Notes: generated by a model not told the origin, from the letters alone. Positions 1 to 10,229 are shown, counted from the first letter of the stretch. The stretch is 64,000 nucleotides of DNA from Candidatus Eremiobacteria bacterium (GCA_963758295.1 CAVWUU010000004.1:1024001-1088000), one strand, 5' to 3'. Numbers and translations are program-made.

Positions 1-1226
1 AACTCGAAGCTATCGCCCTGCGCGGAAATCGTGGCGCTCGTAAGAATGACGCTTTGGGTTTGCGTGAACAGCGTCGCGCGCAAGAACTCAGCCACGTCGT
101 AGGGCGCGCAATTTACTTCGTAGCGGCCGTCCCCGTCGCTGCGCTCCACCCACGCGATCGCTTCGTCGGCCGGTGCCTGTGCGCGATCGATCGCCGCTTC
201 GTGTGCCAGGATTCCGCGCATGGCGAGGTCGCGCCGGCGCTCCGCTTCCGCGTCGTTTTCCGGCCGGCGTTTTAATGCGGAATGCCAGTTCGCGAAGAGC
301 CAGTTTTCCAGCTTGTAAATCGTCGACCGCAAACCTTCCAGCGCCGGCTGCGCGTCCTCATTGGCGGAGAGCAGATATCGGTCGCCGGGAACTCGCGCGA
401 GCGTCGACTCAAGGCCGCGCATGCCGCCGTCGATTTCGCTATCGAACATCGCGGGGACGTTGTACGTACGATGCAGCTTGCGCATCATGCGTCCGAGCGT
501 GGATCGCGATAACGTCGCGGTTAGCGCGTCGGTTGCCCAGCGTTCGGCTTGATGCGCTTCGTCGAGAATCGCAACGTCATACGGCGGCAGCAAGCCGCCA
601 CCCATAGAAAGGTCGAGGAAAAACAGCGCGTGGTTGACGACGACGATATCCGCGAACTTCGCCTCGTCGCGCTTCTTGAAAAAGAAACAATCGCGAAAAC
701 GCTCGCAGAATTCGCCGACGCAATCGTCGGCGTCGGCGTCGAGCTGTTCCCATTCGTCGCCGCTTGGAAGAAACGGCAACTCGGCGCGATCGCCCGTTTG
801 GGTTCGCGCGCCCCACTCCCACATCTCTTGCATCGTGCGCGATCCGGCAACGAGCCGCTCGGAACGCATCCGCTCGTATTTCTGCCTGCACAGATAGTGG
901 CCGCGGCCCTTGAGCAACGTAACGCGCAGCGGAATGCCGAGCGCGCGCTGCACGAGCGGCAAATCTTTTCGGACGAGCTGTTCTTGCAGCGCGATGGTGC
1001 CCGTGGAAAGCACGATCTTCTTCCCGCTGCGAATCGCGGGAATTAAATATGCGAGCGATTTGCCGACGCCCGTCCCGGCCTCGACGATCGTGTGCATGCC
1101 TTCAAGGATGCCGCGCTCGACAAGCTGCGCCATTTGCACCTGTCCGGGGCGCGCTTCAAATCCCGGAAGCGCACGCGCAATTGGCCCGTCGGTGGCGAAG
1201 ACGTCCTCGATGGTGGTGCGGTTCAT
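1..1226 (-). CDS. dinG: DinG/YoaA family ATP-dependent helicase (3' end runs off the window)
   Basis: Manual minus-strand translation from ATG at 1226: MNRTTIEDVF...FEARPGQVQMA...TIVEAGTGVGKSLAYLIPA (Q motif and Walker A). It overlaps the rhomboid stop as ATGA. It is absent from the ORF track because it has no stop in the window. Confidence 0.9.
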   Translation of the reverse strand, partial: MNRTTIEDVFATDGPIARALPGFEARPGQVQMAQLVERGILEGMHTIVEAGTGVGKSLAYLIPAIRSGKKIVLSTGTIALQEQLVRKDLPLVQRALGIPLRVTLLKGRGHYLCRQKYERMRSERLVAGSRTMQEMWEWGARTQTGDRAELPFLPSGDEWEQLDADADDCVGEFCERFRDCFFFKKRDEAKFADIVVVNHALFFLDLSMGGGLLPPYDVAILDEAHQAERWATDALTATLSRSTLGRMMRKLHRTYNVPAMFDSEIDGGMRGLESTLARVPGDRYLLSANEDAQPALEGLRSTIYKLENWLFANWHSALKRRPENDAEAERRRDLAMRGILAHEAAIDRAQAPADEAIAWVERSDGDGRYEVNCAPYDVAEFLRATLFTQTQSVILTSATISAQGDSFE

Positions 1227-1882
1227 TGTTGGAGTGAAGACGGGGGAGCCTGATACTCCGTTTCAAATTCGTCGCCCGTCCTGGCATCGGTAACAACCGG
1301 CTGCACGCGCCGGGGCGGAAAATAAATCAAAAAGGTAACGACGAACCCCGCGATCAGTCCAGCGACGTGCGCCGATTTCGAAATCGCCGAAATCGTAAAC
1401 GTCATGATCAAGTTGATGACCAGAATGCCCAGATTATCGCGCACCAGTTGCATGCCCGGCTTCCCGAGTTTGAACCCAATTGCAAAAAGCGCGCCAAAGA
1501 GTCCGAAAATGGCACCGCTCGCACCAAGCGTAGGCGTGCCGGGCGCGCTGAAATAGATGACGCCAAGACCCGACACGACGAGCGAGAGCATGTAGATAAT
1601 GAACATGCGCACCGAGCCGGCCATCGTTTCGATGAACTGGCCGAGCACCCACAGCGAGAACATGTTCACCAAGATGTGAAGCAACCCGGCGTGCAAAAAC
1701 GCACTCGTGAGGATGCGCCACCACTGATGGTATTGCAGCGCTGCGGCCGGCCAAAGGGCGCCGCTTTGCAGCACCGCGTCGAGGTTTCCGCCGCCGAACC
1801 CGCTGAGCATACCGGGCCCGGCAACGTAGATTTCCCACACGAACGCGATAACGTTAGCAAAGATGAGCAAGCGCGTGATCAT
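1223..1882 (-). CDS. Rhomboid family intramembrane serine protease
   Basis: WWRILTSAFLHAGLLHILVNM, GASGAIFG catalytic serine motif and AHVAG histidine. Start set at ATG 1882, which overlaps the upstream stop as ATGA. Confidence 0.92.
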   Translation of the reverse strand: MITRLLIFANVIAFVWEIYVAGPGMLSGFGGGNLDAVLQSGALWPAAALQYHQWWRILTSAFLHAGLLHILVNMFSLWVLGQFIETMAGSVRMFIIYMLSLVVSGLGVIYFSAPGTPTLGASGAIFGLFGALFAIGFKLGKPGMQLVRDNLGILVINLIMTFTISAISKSAHVAGLIAGFVVTFLIYFPPRRVQPVVTDARTGDEFETEYQAPPSSLQQ

Positions 1883-2547
1883 GACGCGGTTACCGTCACC
1901 ATCCCGGCGAGTTCGAGCGAAATCGGATGGCGCGCGCCGTTCAGTTCGATCGTGACCGGCCCGCCGAGCGGTGCCTTTTGCGCGACGGCCAGACGCGCAC
2001 CCGGGCGCAGACCGATTTCGGCGAGATAGCGAAGAATTTCGGGCAGCTCTTCCGTAACGCTCACGACGCTGACGCGGCTGCCGACCGGCATCTGCGCAAG
2101 CGGTTCTCCACTGAGTACCGGATCGCTCAAGTCGGCAGGCGGAATCGGCTGTCCATGCGGACAGGTCGTGGGCCGTTCCAGGAGCGCGACGAGCCGTTCT
2201 TCGACTCGATCGGAAATGGCGTGTTCCAACATGCAAGCTTCGGCGTGTACTTCATCCCAGGGCATGCCGAGCACATCCGTTAGGAGCCGCTCGGCCAAAC
2301 GATGACGGCGTAGCACGCGCACCGCAACTTCTAAGCCGGCGGTGGTCAATTTTACTTCGCCGCGCGCCACTTGTTGCACGTAACCGTCTTTCGCCAACTT
2401 CTTCAGCATGCCGGAAACGGAGGCGGGCGCCACGCCAAGAGAAGACGCGAGGCCCGAAGTCGTTACGCCCGGACCTTCTTTCTCCAAACGATAGACGGCC
2501 TCGAGATACTCCTCGATGGACTCGGCAAAATGGCTATGCCCCGACAT
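1879..2547 (-). CDS. DtxR/IdeR/MntR family metal-dependent regulator with C-terminal FeoA-like domain
   Basis: EEYLEAVY, RRHRLAERLL, EACMLEHAIS and CPHGQPIP motifs, plus an SH3/FeoA-like C-terminus. Confidence 0.92.
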   Translation of the reverse strand: MSGHSHFAESIEEYLEAVYRLEKEGPGVTTSGLASSLGVAPASVSGMLKKLAKDGYVQQVARGEVKLTTAGLEVAVRVLRRHRLAERLLTDVLGMPWDEVHAEACMLEHAISDRVEERLVALLERPTTCPHGQPIPPADLSDPVLSGEPLAQMPVGSRVSVVSVTEELPEILRYLAEIGLRPGARLAVAQKAPLGGPVTIELNGARHPISLELAGMVTVTAS

Positions 2548-3592
2548 CGGCCTTTTCGTTCGCGTTTGCGGCGCGCAGTTCCGCGCTCACCCGCTCGCGG
2601 AGCGCTTGCTTAGCGGGACGATCCAAGAACGACGCGTCCACCGCGTTTCGGATGAAGCGTTCGAGAGCCGCCGTCCCGGCGTGGCGGGCGACGTACAAGT
2701 ACTCCTTGGTGATCGACGTTTCGAACAGCGTTGGATCGTCGGCATCGATCGTCACGGGAATGCCGGCCGCGTCAAGGGCGTGCAAAGGATGCGCTTCTTC
2801 GCGCCGCGCCGCGCCGGTTAGGAAATTCGACGTCGGGCAAACTTCGAGCGCAATTTTGCGCTGTGCCAGCGCGTGCATGAGCTCGGGATCTTCCAGCGCG
2901 CGCACGCCGTGGCCAATGCGTTCGGCCTTCAATACGTCGATCGCCGCACGAACGCTTTCTGCGCCCGCGGCTTCGCCGGCATGCGCAACGCCGTGCAAGC
3001 CGCGTGAACGTGCAAACGCAAAGACGTCTTCAAATAATTCAGCGGGAAAGCGCGTCTCATCGCCGCCGAGCCCGATGCCCACAACGCCACAGCCGGTGAG
3101 GTTCGCCGCGATTTGCGCGGTCCTCATCGCGGACTCCGCTCCAAAATTGCGCGTTACGTCCAGAATCAGTCGAAACGTGTCGCCGCATTCTTCATGCAAG
3201 GTGGCCGCGATCGCACGCACCGTTTCCGGTACGTCGAGGCCGGGATGGAAAAACGCCCAAACCGACGGCGAAACAAACAGTTCCCCATAGACGACGTTTT
3301 GGGCGACTGCATCGCGCGCAAACTCGCGAGCGAGACGCACGTAGTCCGCCGGCTGCGCCAGTGCGCGGCTCACCGCTGCGAACGTCAGTAAAAATTCACG
3401 AAAATCCGCGAAGTGATAGACGTGCTGCGGATCGCGCGGCCCGGCCACTTCCTCGCCGGGTCGGTATCGGGTGGAAATGCCGTAACGCTCCGTCAGTTCG
3501 AGAAAAGTCTCAGCACGAAGGGCGCCTTCCAGGTGGCAGTGCAGGTGGATTTTGGGTAAGCGCTCGACATGGCGCGCTAAATCGTCCATCAT
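2534..3592 (-). CDS. add: Adenosine deaminase
   Basis: LPKIHLHCHLEG, AHAGE, RIGHG, EVCPTSN and DADDP motifs. Confidence 0.9.
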   Translation of the reverse strand: MMDDLARHVERLPKIHLHCHLEGALRAETFLELTERYGISTRYRPGEEVAGPRDPQHVYHFADFREFLLTFAAVSRALAQPADYVRLAREFARDAVAQNVVYGELFVSPSVWAFFHPGLDVPETVRAIAATLHEECGDTFRLILDVTRNFGAESAMRTAQIAANLTGCGVVGIGLGGDETRFPAELFEDVFAFARSRGLHGVAHAGEAAGAESVRAAIDVLKAERIGHGVRALEDPELMHALAQRKIALEVCPTSNFLTGAARREEAHPLHALDAAGIPVTIDADDPTLFETSITKEYLYVARHAGTAALERFIRNAVDASFLDRPAKQALRERVSAELRAANANEKADVGA

Positions 3593-3646
3593 ACGTGTTG
3601 TTCGGAAGGAAAGGCGCCAAGCCCGCCGTACTTACGTCACTCGCGT

Positions 3647-3723
<77 letters not shown>

Positions 3724-3728
3724 AGGCA

Positions 3729-3774
3729 AGAAAGCCCCTTGAAAACGCTTGTTTACGAGGGGCTTTCTGTTTTT
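3729..3774 (+). terminator. Hairpin plus T tract after the tRNA
   Basis: AGAAAGCCCC...GGGGCTTTCT followed by GTTTTT. Confidence 0.7.
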
Positions 3775-3816
3775 GGCCCTGGCTTCCAATCACGAACAAG
3801 ATTGGACACTCATTCA

Positions 3817-4050
3817 ATGTCGCGCTACCGCTCCGAACGATTTGCAGGTTCCCTTATGAACGGACTAATGTCGGTTCCCAACGTCGTTAAGGAGTTTCTA
3901 CTTCACCATGAACGCGACGATGATAGTCCCCGTTACATCGTCGAGCTGCGATCATATCTGCATCGGCAGCCGACCTCGTAATTGGAAACCGCTCCTTCAA
4001 TGGTGCGGAATCACTGTCGCCCTACAACGTCCACGAGCCAACCCGTGGCC
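3817..4050 (+). pseudogene. Possible remnant of a tyrosine integrase N-terminal (core-binding) domain
   Basis: VPNVVKEFLLHHERDDDSPRYIVELRSYL, then after a frame change WKPLLQWCG, resembles integrase SAM-like helices. It lies directly downstream of a tRNA. No catalytic domain is visible. Confidence 0.4.
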
Positions 4051-4207
4051 TCCCAGCCCCCTCGGTGATCTCTCACCCAACAACTACGAGCGCCGGATCA
4101 TTCATGCGGCGTCATGTCCGACGTGCAATCGTCCACGGAATCGAGCTTTATTTCTAGTCACATTTTGTTGGAGCACCGGCTGCAACGTTGGACCAATCTT
4201 CCCCGAG

Positions 4208-4690
4208 CTACATTTTCATATCGCAATGCTTGTGCGTGGAGCCGTGGTCGGTCGCTTGAGCGGCCAGCCACCGATGAATCGATCCGATTGCTACGGGGTC
4301 TGTCGATATGAATGTGATCTTGGCCCCCATTGGAGTCGTGGAGTAGCGGACAGCCACTAGATCGCCCTCCATTCCACGTAGTCCAGGCATCGCCGCACCA
4401 TGGATGTAGGTCGGGTCAGAGTAATCACCCGTCGCAAAAAGCCGCGCCTCGCTACGCAGGTGCGCACGCACCAGCGCGATCTGCGCTGAATCCATATTGT
4501 GCACCATTACCTCCAGTGTTCCGCCCGATGCGTTTGGGGTGAACATGTGCATGGCCACGCTTTGATCGAACGGCATTACTTGGGCGCCATGGGACATCAC
4601 CATCTTATGGTGGTCCATCGCTTGATCTGCGCGTGCCGGGATAGCTAGCGCGGTGGCGAGCATCATCGCAAGAGCAAACCTAGTCTTCAT
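4208..4690 (-). CDS. Secreted His/Met-rich hypothetical protein
   Basis: Signal peptide ending ARA, then MDHHKMVMSHG, VMPFD, GDYSDP..IHG..MPG and AQATDHG. It overlaps the MarR stop. Confidence 0.8.
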   Translation of the reverse strand: MKTRFALAMMLATALAIPARADQAMDHHKMVMSHGAQVMPFDQSVAMHMFTPNASGGTLEVMVHNMDSAQIALVRAHLRSEARLFATGDYSDPTYIHGAAMPGLRGMEGDLVAVRYSTTPMGAKITFISTDPVAIGSIHRWLAAQATDHGSTHKHCDMKM

Positions 4691-5135
4691 TCAACACCTC
4701 GGACAGAAGCGAAAGTGATTCTAATACGGCTGCACGGCGATTGGGCGGGATCGCGTCAAACACACGGCTGAACTTGGCCGCGCGCGATTTCGCGAGGTTG
4801 CCGGCGACTCGCGCGCCCAGTGCCGTAAGGCGTAGTCGCACGACGCGCGAATCATCCGGATCGCGCTTACGCTCTACCCATTCACGTTTTTCGAGAGCGG
4901 TTACGATACGGCTTATGGTGCTCTTTTCCAAACGCAGCTTGGACGCGAGACCGCTCTGAGAAATCAACGGTTCACGCGATAGTTCTTGAATCGCCTGCGC
5001 TTCCGCAACCGAAATCGGCTGGCCGCACGGCGTCTGATCCGGACGATGCAACCCAAGAGCTCGGATTAACGAAACGATCTCATCCTGGAACGAAATTGAT
5101 TGCGCGAGCGGTGCTTTTTTAGTTGCTATCCTCAA
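4680..5135 (-). CDS. MarR family transcriptional regulator
   Basis: Winged-helix pattern LASKLRLEKSTISRIVTALEKREWVERKRDPDDSRVVRLRLT. Start uncertain; TTG 5135 chosen because the ORF-track start overlaps the -35 box. Confidence 0.85.
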   Translation of the reverse strand: MRIATKKAPLAQSISFQDEIVSLIRALGLHRPDQTPCGQPISVAEAQAIQELSREPLISQSGLASKLRLEKSTISRIVTALEKREWVERKRDPDDSRVVRLRLTALGARVAGNLAKSRAAKFSRVFDAIPPNRRAAVLESLSLLSEVLNED

Positions 5136-5136
5136 C

Positions 5137-5171
5137 AGTTGTATAGTACAACTATTTGGAAGGTCCGTCAA
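5137..5171 (-). promoter_or_regulatory. Sigma70 promoter overlapped by a palindromic operator
   Basis: TTGACG (5171-5166), 17 nt, TACTAT (5148-5143). The perfect inverted repeat AGTTGTA-N3-TACAACT (5137-5153) covers the -10 box. Confidence 0.75.
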
Positions 5172-5272
5172 TCCCGAAACGCGACTTCATGTTACAGCAG
5201 TCTACGACTTTACGGCCGGATGAAACCTTGCCGGAGTTCGCGTACGTCCTGCGATCCTATCGCGCCGTTACA

Positions 5273-7164
5273 TCACGGCAAGACGTGAATCGACACGGCC
5301 ACCACGTTGGGAACCGCCGGATCCGGAATGAATTGCAGTTGCAACTCGCCCGGCGACTCGGGAGTGAACGTAAAGTCGCGCGTCTCCCCTATCGTGATCG
5401 TTTTAACGGCGGATTCGGGTTTCTGGAGGTTTTCCGGGAGATCGGCGCCGTCCACCGCGAGCGGCGACCAGCGCACGATGGAGTTCGCTTGCACCAGCGA
5501 CACCGTCGCATTGGTCCAAAACGTCGTCATGTTGATTAACCGCACGCGTTGAAGCACTCCCGCGCGAACCGTGATCGCCGGCGGCGACGCAGTTCCGTTG
5601 ACGAAGATCTGGGTGAACGCGTTATCCAATGTGTGGGTTGTCGTAATCGTAAAGACGTGATCGGTGCTCGGATCGTACTTGGCACCGGGGTCCAACACGA
5701 TGAGCGGTCCCGCGAGTCCCGCGCGCAGTTGCCAGATGTCGTCCATGTGCGTGTGGTAGATGAATGTTCCGGCGCGCACGGGCGTCACGCGTGCTTCGAA
5801 TGTTTGCCCGGAATCGATCATTGGGGCAATGCGATTACCGGAACCGCTGTAGCCCGCGACACCGTCGTAATAGCTGTCGGCCAATTCCACGCCGTGCCAG
5901 TGCACCGCAGTCGGTTCGTTCAGGCGATTCGTCACGTCGATCGCATACGAAACGCCGCGCGTCAAAATCATCGGCGGCCCAATCGCCGTATCCGGAACTT
6001 CGGGATCATCTCCTTGGCTGACGACGTATCGAAATGAGGGCGCATCGGCGCGATCGTCCGAACCAGGTTCCACTGTTAGGTGGATGTGTTGCACCGGCGT
6101 ACTCGTCGCGACTTGGGGCATCGTTCCACGGACGGTGAACCCGAGGATCAAACCGCCCATTCCGGCATGGCGAACGAACTTCGACTCATAAGCATCGTCA
6201 CTCATCGGCGTCTTTGCGAGCATGGCGCTGACAGGCATGTGCCCCACGATGTGATACGCCAGATGACAGTGAAAGAGCCAGTTTCCCGGCCGATCGCCCT
6301 TCCACTTCATTGCAAAAGTGCCGCCTGGTTCAACCAGCTCAGTAACCTGCCGGTTCTGCTGTGCCTGCGGGTACAGCGTATCTGCGAGGCCGTCGCCGCG
6401 AGAAGTCACGGCAAAGTAGAAGCCGTGTAAGTGAAGCGGATGCCCGCCGAGCGCCGGATTTATCAGCGCCAGCGGACCGTTTCGTTTTTCGCATAGGAAA
6501 GGCGTTCCGTATACGGCCATGCGCGGCCGTTGATCACATCAAGCTCGTAATTGAAATTCGGGCTCCCGTCCTTATTGCGAACGTTGATCCATTGCCCAAT
6601 CACAAATACGCGATCGGCGGGAGCTTTACGCTCGTTCGCCGGATCGACAATGAGCGCGCCGCTCAACTGTGAATCGTTACCAAAGCGGCTTGGCAACGGC
6701 TTACCGCTGGTATCCCCCCAGTAGTAGTACGTGCCGGCAGCGCCCGCGCGAAACCGTATCGTCGCCGACTTTCCGTATGGAATGCGCACCGGACGATCGA
6801 AGTCACCCGGCCGGTCTATCATGCCGTGCATCGTTAGAACGGATCGCGAAATCGAATTTCGTACGGTCGCGATGACGACGGTGCCAGACCGTACGCGGAT
6901 CATCGGCCCAGGGATCTGCGGGCTTTTTCCGGCGATTCCAAAAGTTTCAATCGGGACGCCGGGATTGGAGTCGCCGTCGGGATGCCACACGGCCCATCGC
7001 GCATCAAGGGCGACGTGAAGCGATGAGCCGGTCAGCGCGCCGGACGGGACGCGATTGTCGTTACTCCGCGCGTTCGGCAGACTCGGCGCATTCGATGCGC
7101 GGGCGTGCATTCCGACAACGCACGCCAAAACCACGAAGAGAAATGCAAACCGGAGTAGGCGCAT
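5273..7164 (-). CDS. Secreted multicopper oxidase, split by a 1-nt frameshift near 6468
   Basis: Signal peptide, HPLHLHG, WLFHCHLAYH, VHWHG and FIYHTH. ORFs 6463-7164 and 5273-6520 join as TVRWR-LINP if one base is restored. Confidence 0.85.
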
Positions 7165-7334
7165 AGCTCACCTCAATAGGCGGCACACCCTCCCCTAGGA
7201 CTTCCTCAGTGTAGCGCCGCGATTGGGTCGCGTCTATCGTAGCCAGCCGGATACTTGGTCATTATTCCGCGCCTTCGCGGCGGCATCGCTTAGCGATGAT
7301 GCTTGAGCTCATGGAGTTCCGCCTTGGTGAGATA

Positions 7335-7365
7335 CGCCTGTCCTTCGACAAGGCTCCGAATGACG
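7335..7365. repeat. REP-like dispersed repeat copy (degenerate)
   Basis: CGCCTGTCCTTCGACAAGGCTCCGAATGACG matches the copies at 29637 and 33810. Confidence 0.65.
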
Positions 7366-7398
7366 CGCCGGCTGACCATGACGCGGTGTGGTGCGGGC

Positions 7399-7977
7399 TT
7401 ACGATGACGGGGGATCGGTGCGCTCGTAGAAACACCTTGCGCACATTGGGTCGTAGTGGACGGCGCCTTCTATGGCAACCTGGTCGCCGGTGCGAATGCG
7501 GCGTCCATTCGCATCGAAACGTGGATTCATCGTCGCCTTGCGACCGCACGAACAGATGTTTTTTAACTCTTCGAGGCTGTCGGCGAGGGTCAGAAGATAG
7601 ACCGATCCGGGGAAAGGATCGCCCAGAAAATCGCTCCGAATGCCGTAACAGATTACAGGAATCCCGAGAACGTGCGCACCGCGATGCAAATCGCGCACCT
7701 GCTCGGGCGTTAAGAACTGCGCCTCGTCGATCAACACGCACGAGACCTCCTCCATGCCGGCCATTTCATCGAAGAATTTTGTTGCTTCGGTGAATGTTTT
7801 CGCGTGGCGCTGCGGGCCGATGCGAGACGTGACGACGCCTTCGCCAAAACGGCGATCGATCGCCGCGGTGTATAACACGACGCGGCGACCGTTCTCCTCG
7901 TAGTTGTGCGCCACTTGAATGAGCGCCGTTGACTTCCCAGCGTTCATTGCCGAGTAGCGGAAGTATAGTTTGGCCAT
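7399..7977 (-). CDS. tdk: Thymidine kinase
   Basis: YSAMNAGKST, LIDEAQF, YGIRSDF and the Zn-binding CSCG...C..C motif. Confidence 0.95.
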   Translation of the reverse strand: MAKLYFRYSAMNAGKSTALIQVAHNYEENGRRVVLYTAAIDRRFGEGVVTSRIGPQRHAKTFTEATKFFDEMAGMEEVSCVLIDEAQFLTPEQVRDLHRGAHVLGIPVICYGIRSDFLGDPFPGSVYLLTLADSLEELKNICSCGRKATMNPRFDANGRRIRTGDQVAIEGAVHYDPMCARCFYERTDPPSS

Positions 7978-7980
7978 CCG

Positions 7981-9174
7981 CTACTTTAGCAGGCCGACTT
8001 CCTTGCCGACTTCGGCGAACGCTTCGAGCGCGCGGTCCATTTCGGCTTTGGTCAGTTTCGCCGAGAGCTGCGTGCGAATGCGTGCCGTGCCTTCCGGAAC
8101 GACCGGGAAGCCAAAACCCGTTACGAATACGCCGTGCTTGAGCAGCTTGTCGCTCATTGCTATTGCGAACGAGGTTTCGCCAACGATGATCGGCACGATC
8201 GCGCTCGGTCCATCCAGCGGTTTGAAGCCAAGGCGCTTCAAGCCGTCGCGAAAATACGCGACGTTCTGACGGAGGGTCTCCACCAGTTCGGGATTCGCAT
8301 CGAGATAATCGAGCGCGGCAAGGGAACTGCACGCCACCGTCGCGGGCAAGGCGTTGGAGAACAACTGCGGACGCGACTTCTGGATGAGCATTTCGATGAG
8401 CGCACGGCTTCCGGCGACGAAACCACCTGCGGCACCGCCTAGCGCTTTGCCCAGGGTCCCGGTGATGATGTCCACTTGTCCGGTCAGGCCGAAGTGTTCG
8501 ATCGTTCCGCGGCCCGTCTCTCCCATGACACCGGTGCCGTGCGAATCGTCGACGACGCTTACCGCATTATATTTCTTGCAGAGCGCGACGATATCGGGGA
8601 GCTTCGCCAGCGATCCTTCCATCGAGAACACGCCGTCGGTCACCACAAGAATCGGTGAGAACTCTTGCATGTCTTTGAGTTTCTGCTCGAGGTCCGCCAT
8701 GTCGCCGTGCTTGTATACCGCGCGCTTGGCTTTACTCGCGAGCCGCACGCCGTCGATGATCGACGCGTGATTGAGCTCGTCGGAGATAATGGCCGACCCT
8801 TCGCCGCAGATCGTCGCGAACAAGCCGGTATTGGCGTTCCAGCACGCAACATAGGTCAGCGAAGCTTCGGTGCCGAGGAACTGCGCGATGCGATCTTCGA
8901 GCACGCGATGAATATCAAACGTGCCGCAGATAAAGCGCACGGAGGCCGTCCCGGCTCCATATTTATCCAAGCCATGTTTACCGGCTTCGATAACTTCCGC
9001 CTGATCGGAAAGGCCGAGATAATTGTTGCTCGAGAGAACGATAACGTCGCCGGCTTCTTCCATGTGGACCTCGGCGGACATCGGCGTCGTCAGGTGACGC
9101 AAGTGCTTGTACGTTCCCGCCGCTTTCAGCGCGTCGAGTTCGGTTTGGAGCTGCTGTTCGAACGTCGCGTTCAC
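7981..9174 (-). CDS. kbl: Glycine C-acetyltransferase (2-amino-3-ketobutyrate CoA ligase)
   Basis: SNNYLGL, SVRFICGT, LNHASIIDG, DDSH and TLGKALGG; adjacent to tdh. Confidence 0.93.
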   Translation of the reverse strand: MNATFEQQLQTELDALKAAGTYKHLRHLTTPMSAEVHMEEAGDVIVLSSNNYLGLSDQAEVIEAGKHGLDKYGAGTASVRFICGTFDIHRVLEDRIAQFLGTEASLTYVACWNANTGLFATICGEGSAIISDELNHASIIDGVRLASKAKRAVYKHGDMADLEQKLKDMQEFSPILVVTDGVFSMEGSLAKLPDIVALCKKYNAVSVVDDSHGTGVMGETGRGTIEHFGLTGQVDIITGTLGKALGGAAGGFVAGSRALIEMLIQKSRPQLFSNALPATVACSSLAALDYLDANPELVETLRQNVAYFRDGLKRLGFKPLDGPSAIVPIIVGETSFAIAMSDKLLKHGVFVTGFGFPVVPEGTARIRTQLSAKLTKAEMDRALEAFAEVGKEVGLLK

Positions 9175-10229
9175 TTGACGAGATCCCCTTTGAGGTCGAG
9201 TACAATTTTCGCCGCTTGGCCGTTGCGCATCAATTCGAACGCGCGGTCGTATTCGTTAAACGGTAGCACGTGCGTGATGATCGCCTTGAGATCGACGCGA
9301 CCGCTCTTCACGAGTGCCTGCGTCTGATACCATGTTTCGAACATCTTGCGCCCGTTGATTCCCAGAACCGTCAGACCTTTGAAAATGATGCGCTCGGCAA
9401 GGTTTATGTTAACAGTGTCGCTCGGAATGCCGAGCAGCGCGGCCGTTCCGCCGTTGCGAACCATTTGCAAGCCCATGTCGATCGCGCTCCCGCTTCCCGA
9501 CATCTCGAGCAGCACTTCGACGCCGTCGCCGTTGGTGCGCGCCTTGATTTCGTCTACCAGCCCGGGCGTGCGGGCATCGAAGATTTCGTCCGCACCTAAG
9601 CTCTTCGCCAGCTCTAGTTTTGCGGGGTTCACATCGATCGCGTACACCGACGCCGCCCCCGCCGCGCGCGCTACCGGGATCGCCATCAAGCCGATGGAGC
9701 CGACGCCGGTAATCACGACACTCTTCGTACTCACCCCGGCCGCCATAACGGTATGCACGGCATTGCCAAGCGGGTCGAAAATGGCGGCAAACTCGTCGGG
9801 AATCGCGGGATCGAGTTTCCAGACGTTGTATTCCGGCATCGCGATGTATTCAGCGAATGCGCCGTCGCGGTCGACGCCGATGATTTCGACGTGCTCGCAG
9901 ATGTGCGCTTGGCCGGTCCGGCATAATACGCACGTAAGGTCGGCGATATGCCCCTCCGCCGATACGCGATCGCCGACCGCAATCGAACGCACCGCGTTGC
10001 CCACCGCTTCCACGCGCCCCATGAACTCATGACCGACGACGACCGGCGGCTTGATGCGATTCTGGGCCCATTTGTCCCAGCTGTAAATGTGAAAATCCGT
10101 CCCGCAAACGCCGGCTTTTTCTACGCGGATCAGGACGTCGGTCGGTCCGATTTCCGGGACGGGCACTTCGGCCAGCGTAAAGCCCGGCTCCGGACGGAGC
10201 TTGGAGAGCGATTTCATCGTGGAAGACAT
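9171..10229 (-). CDS. tdh: L-threonine 3-dehydrogenase
   Basis: CGTDFHIYSWD, GHEF, DPLGNAVHT and GRKMFETW; coupled to kbl. Confidence 0.93.
   Translation of the reverse strand: MSSTMKSLSKLRPEPGFTLAEVPVPEIGPTDVLIRVEKAGVCGTDFHIYSWDKWAQNRIKPPVVVGHEFMGRVEAVGNAVRSIAVGDRVSAEGHIADLTCVLCRTGQAHICEHVEIIGVDRDGAFAEYIAMPEYNVWKLDPAIPDEFAAIFDPLGNAVHTVMAAGVSTKSVVITGVGSIGLMAIPVARAAGAASVYAIDVNPAKLELAKSLGADEIFDARTPGLVDEIKARTNGDGVEVLLEMSGSGSAIDMGLQMVRNGGTAALLGIPSDTVNINLAERIIFKGLTVLGINGRKMFETWYQTQALVKSGRVDLKAIITHVLPFNEYDRAFELMRNGQAAKIVLDLKGDLVK

Noticed and set aside
6460..6470. Selenocysteine or stop readthrough at the TGA in the multicopper oxidase
   Set aside because: TGA is followed at once by TAA, and the gene continues in a different frame. 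A 1-nt deletion explains it.
7170..7400. attR copy of the tRNA-fMet 3' end closing the islet
   Set aside because: I found no repeat of TCCTGTCCCCGCAACCA by eye, so the right boundary is undefined.
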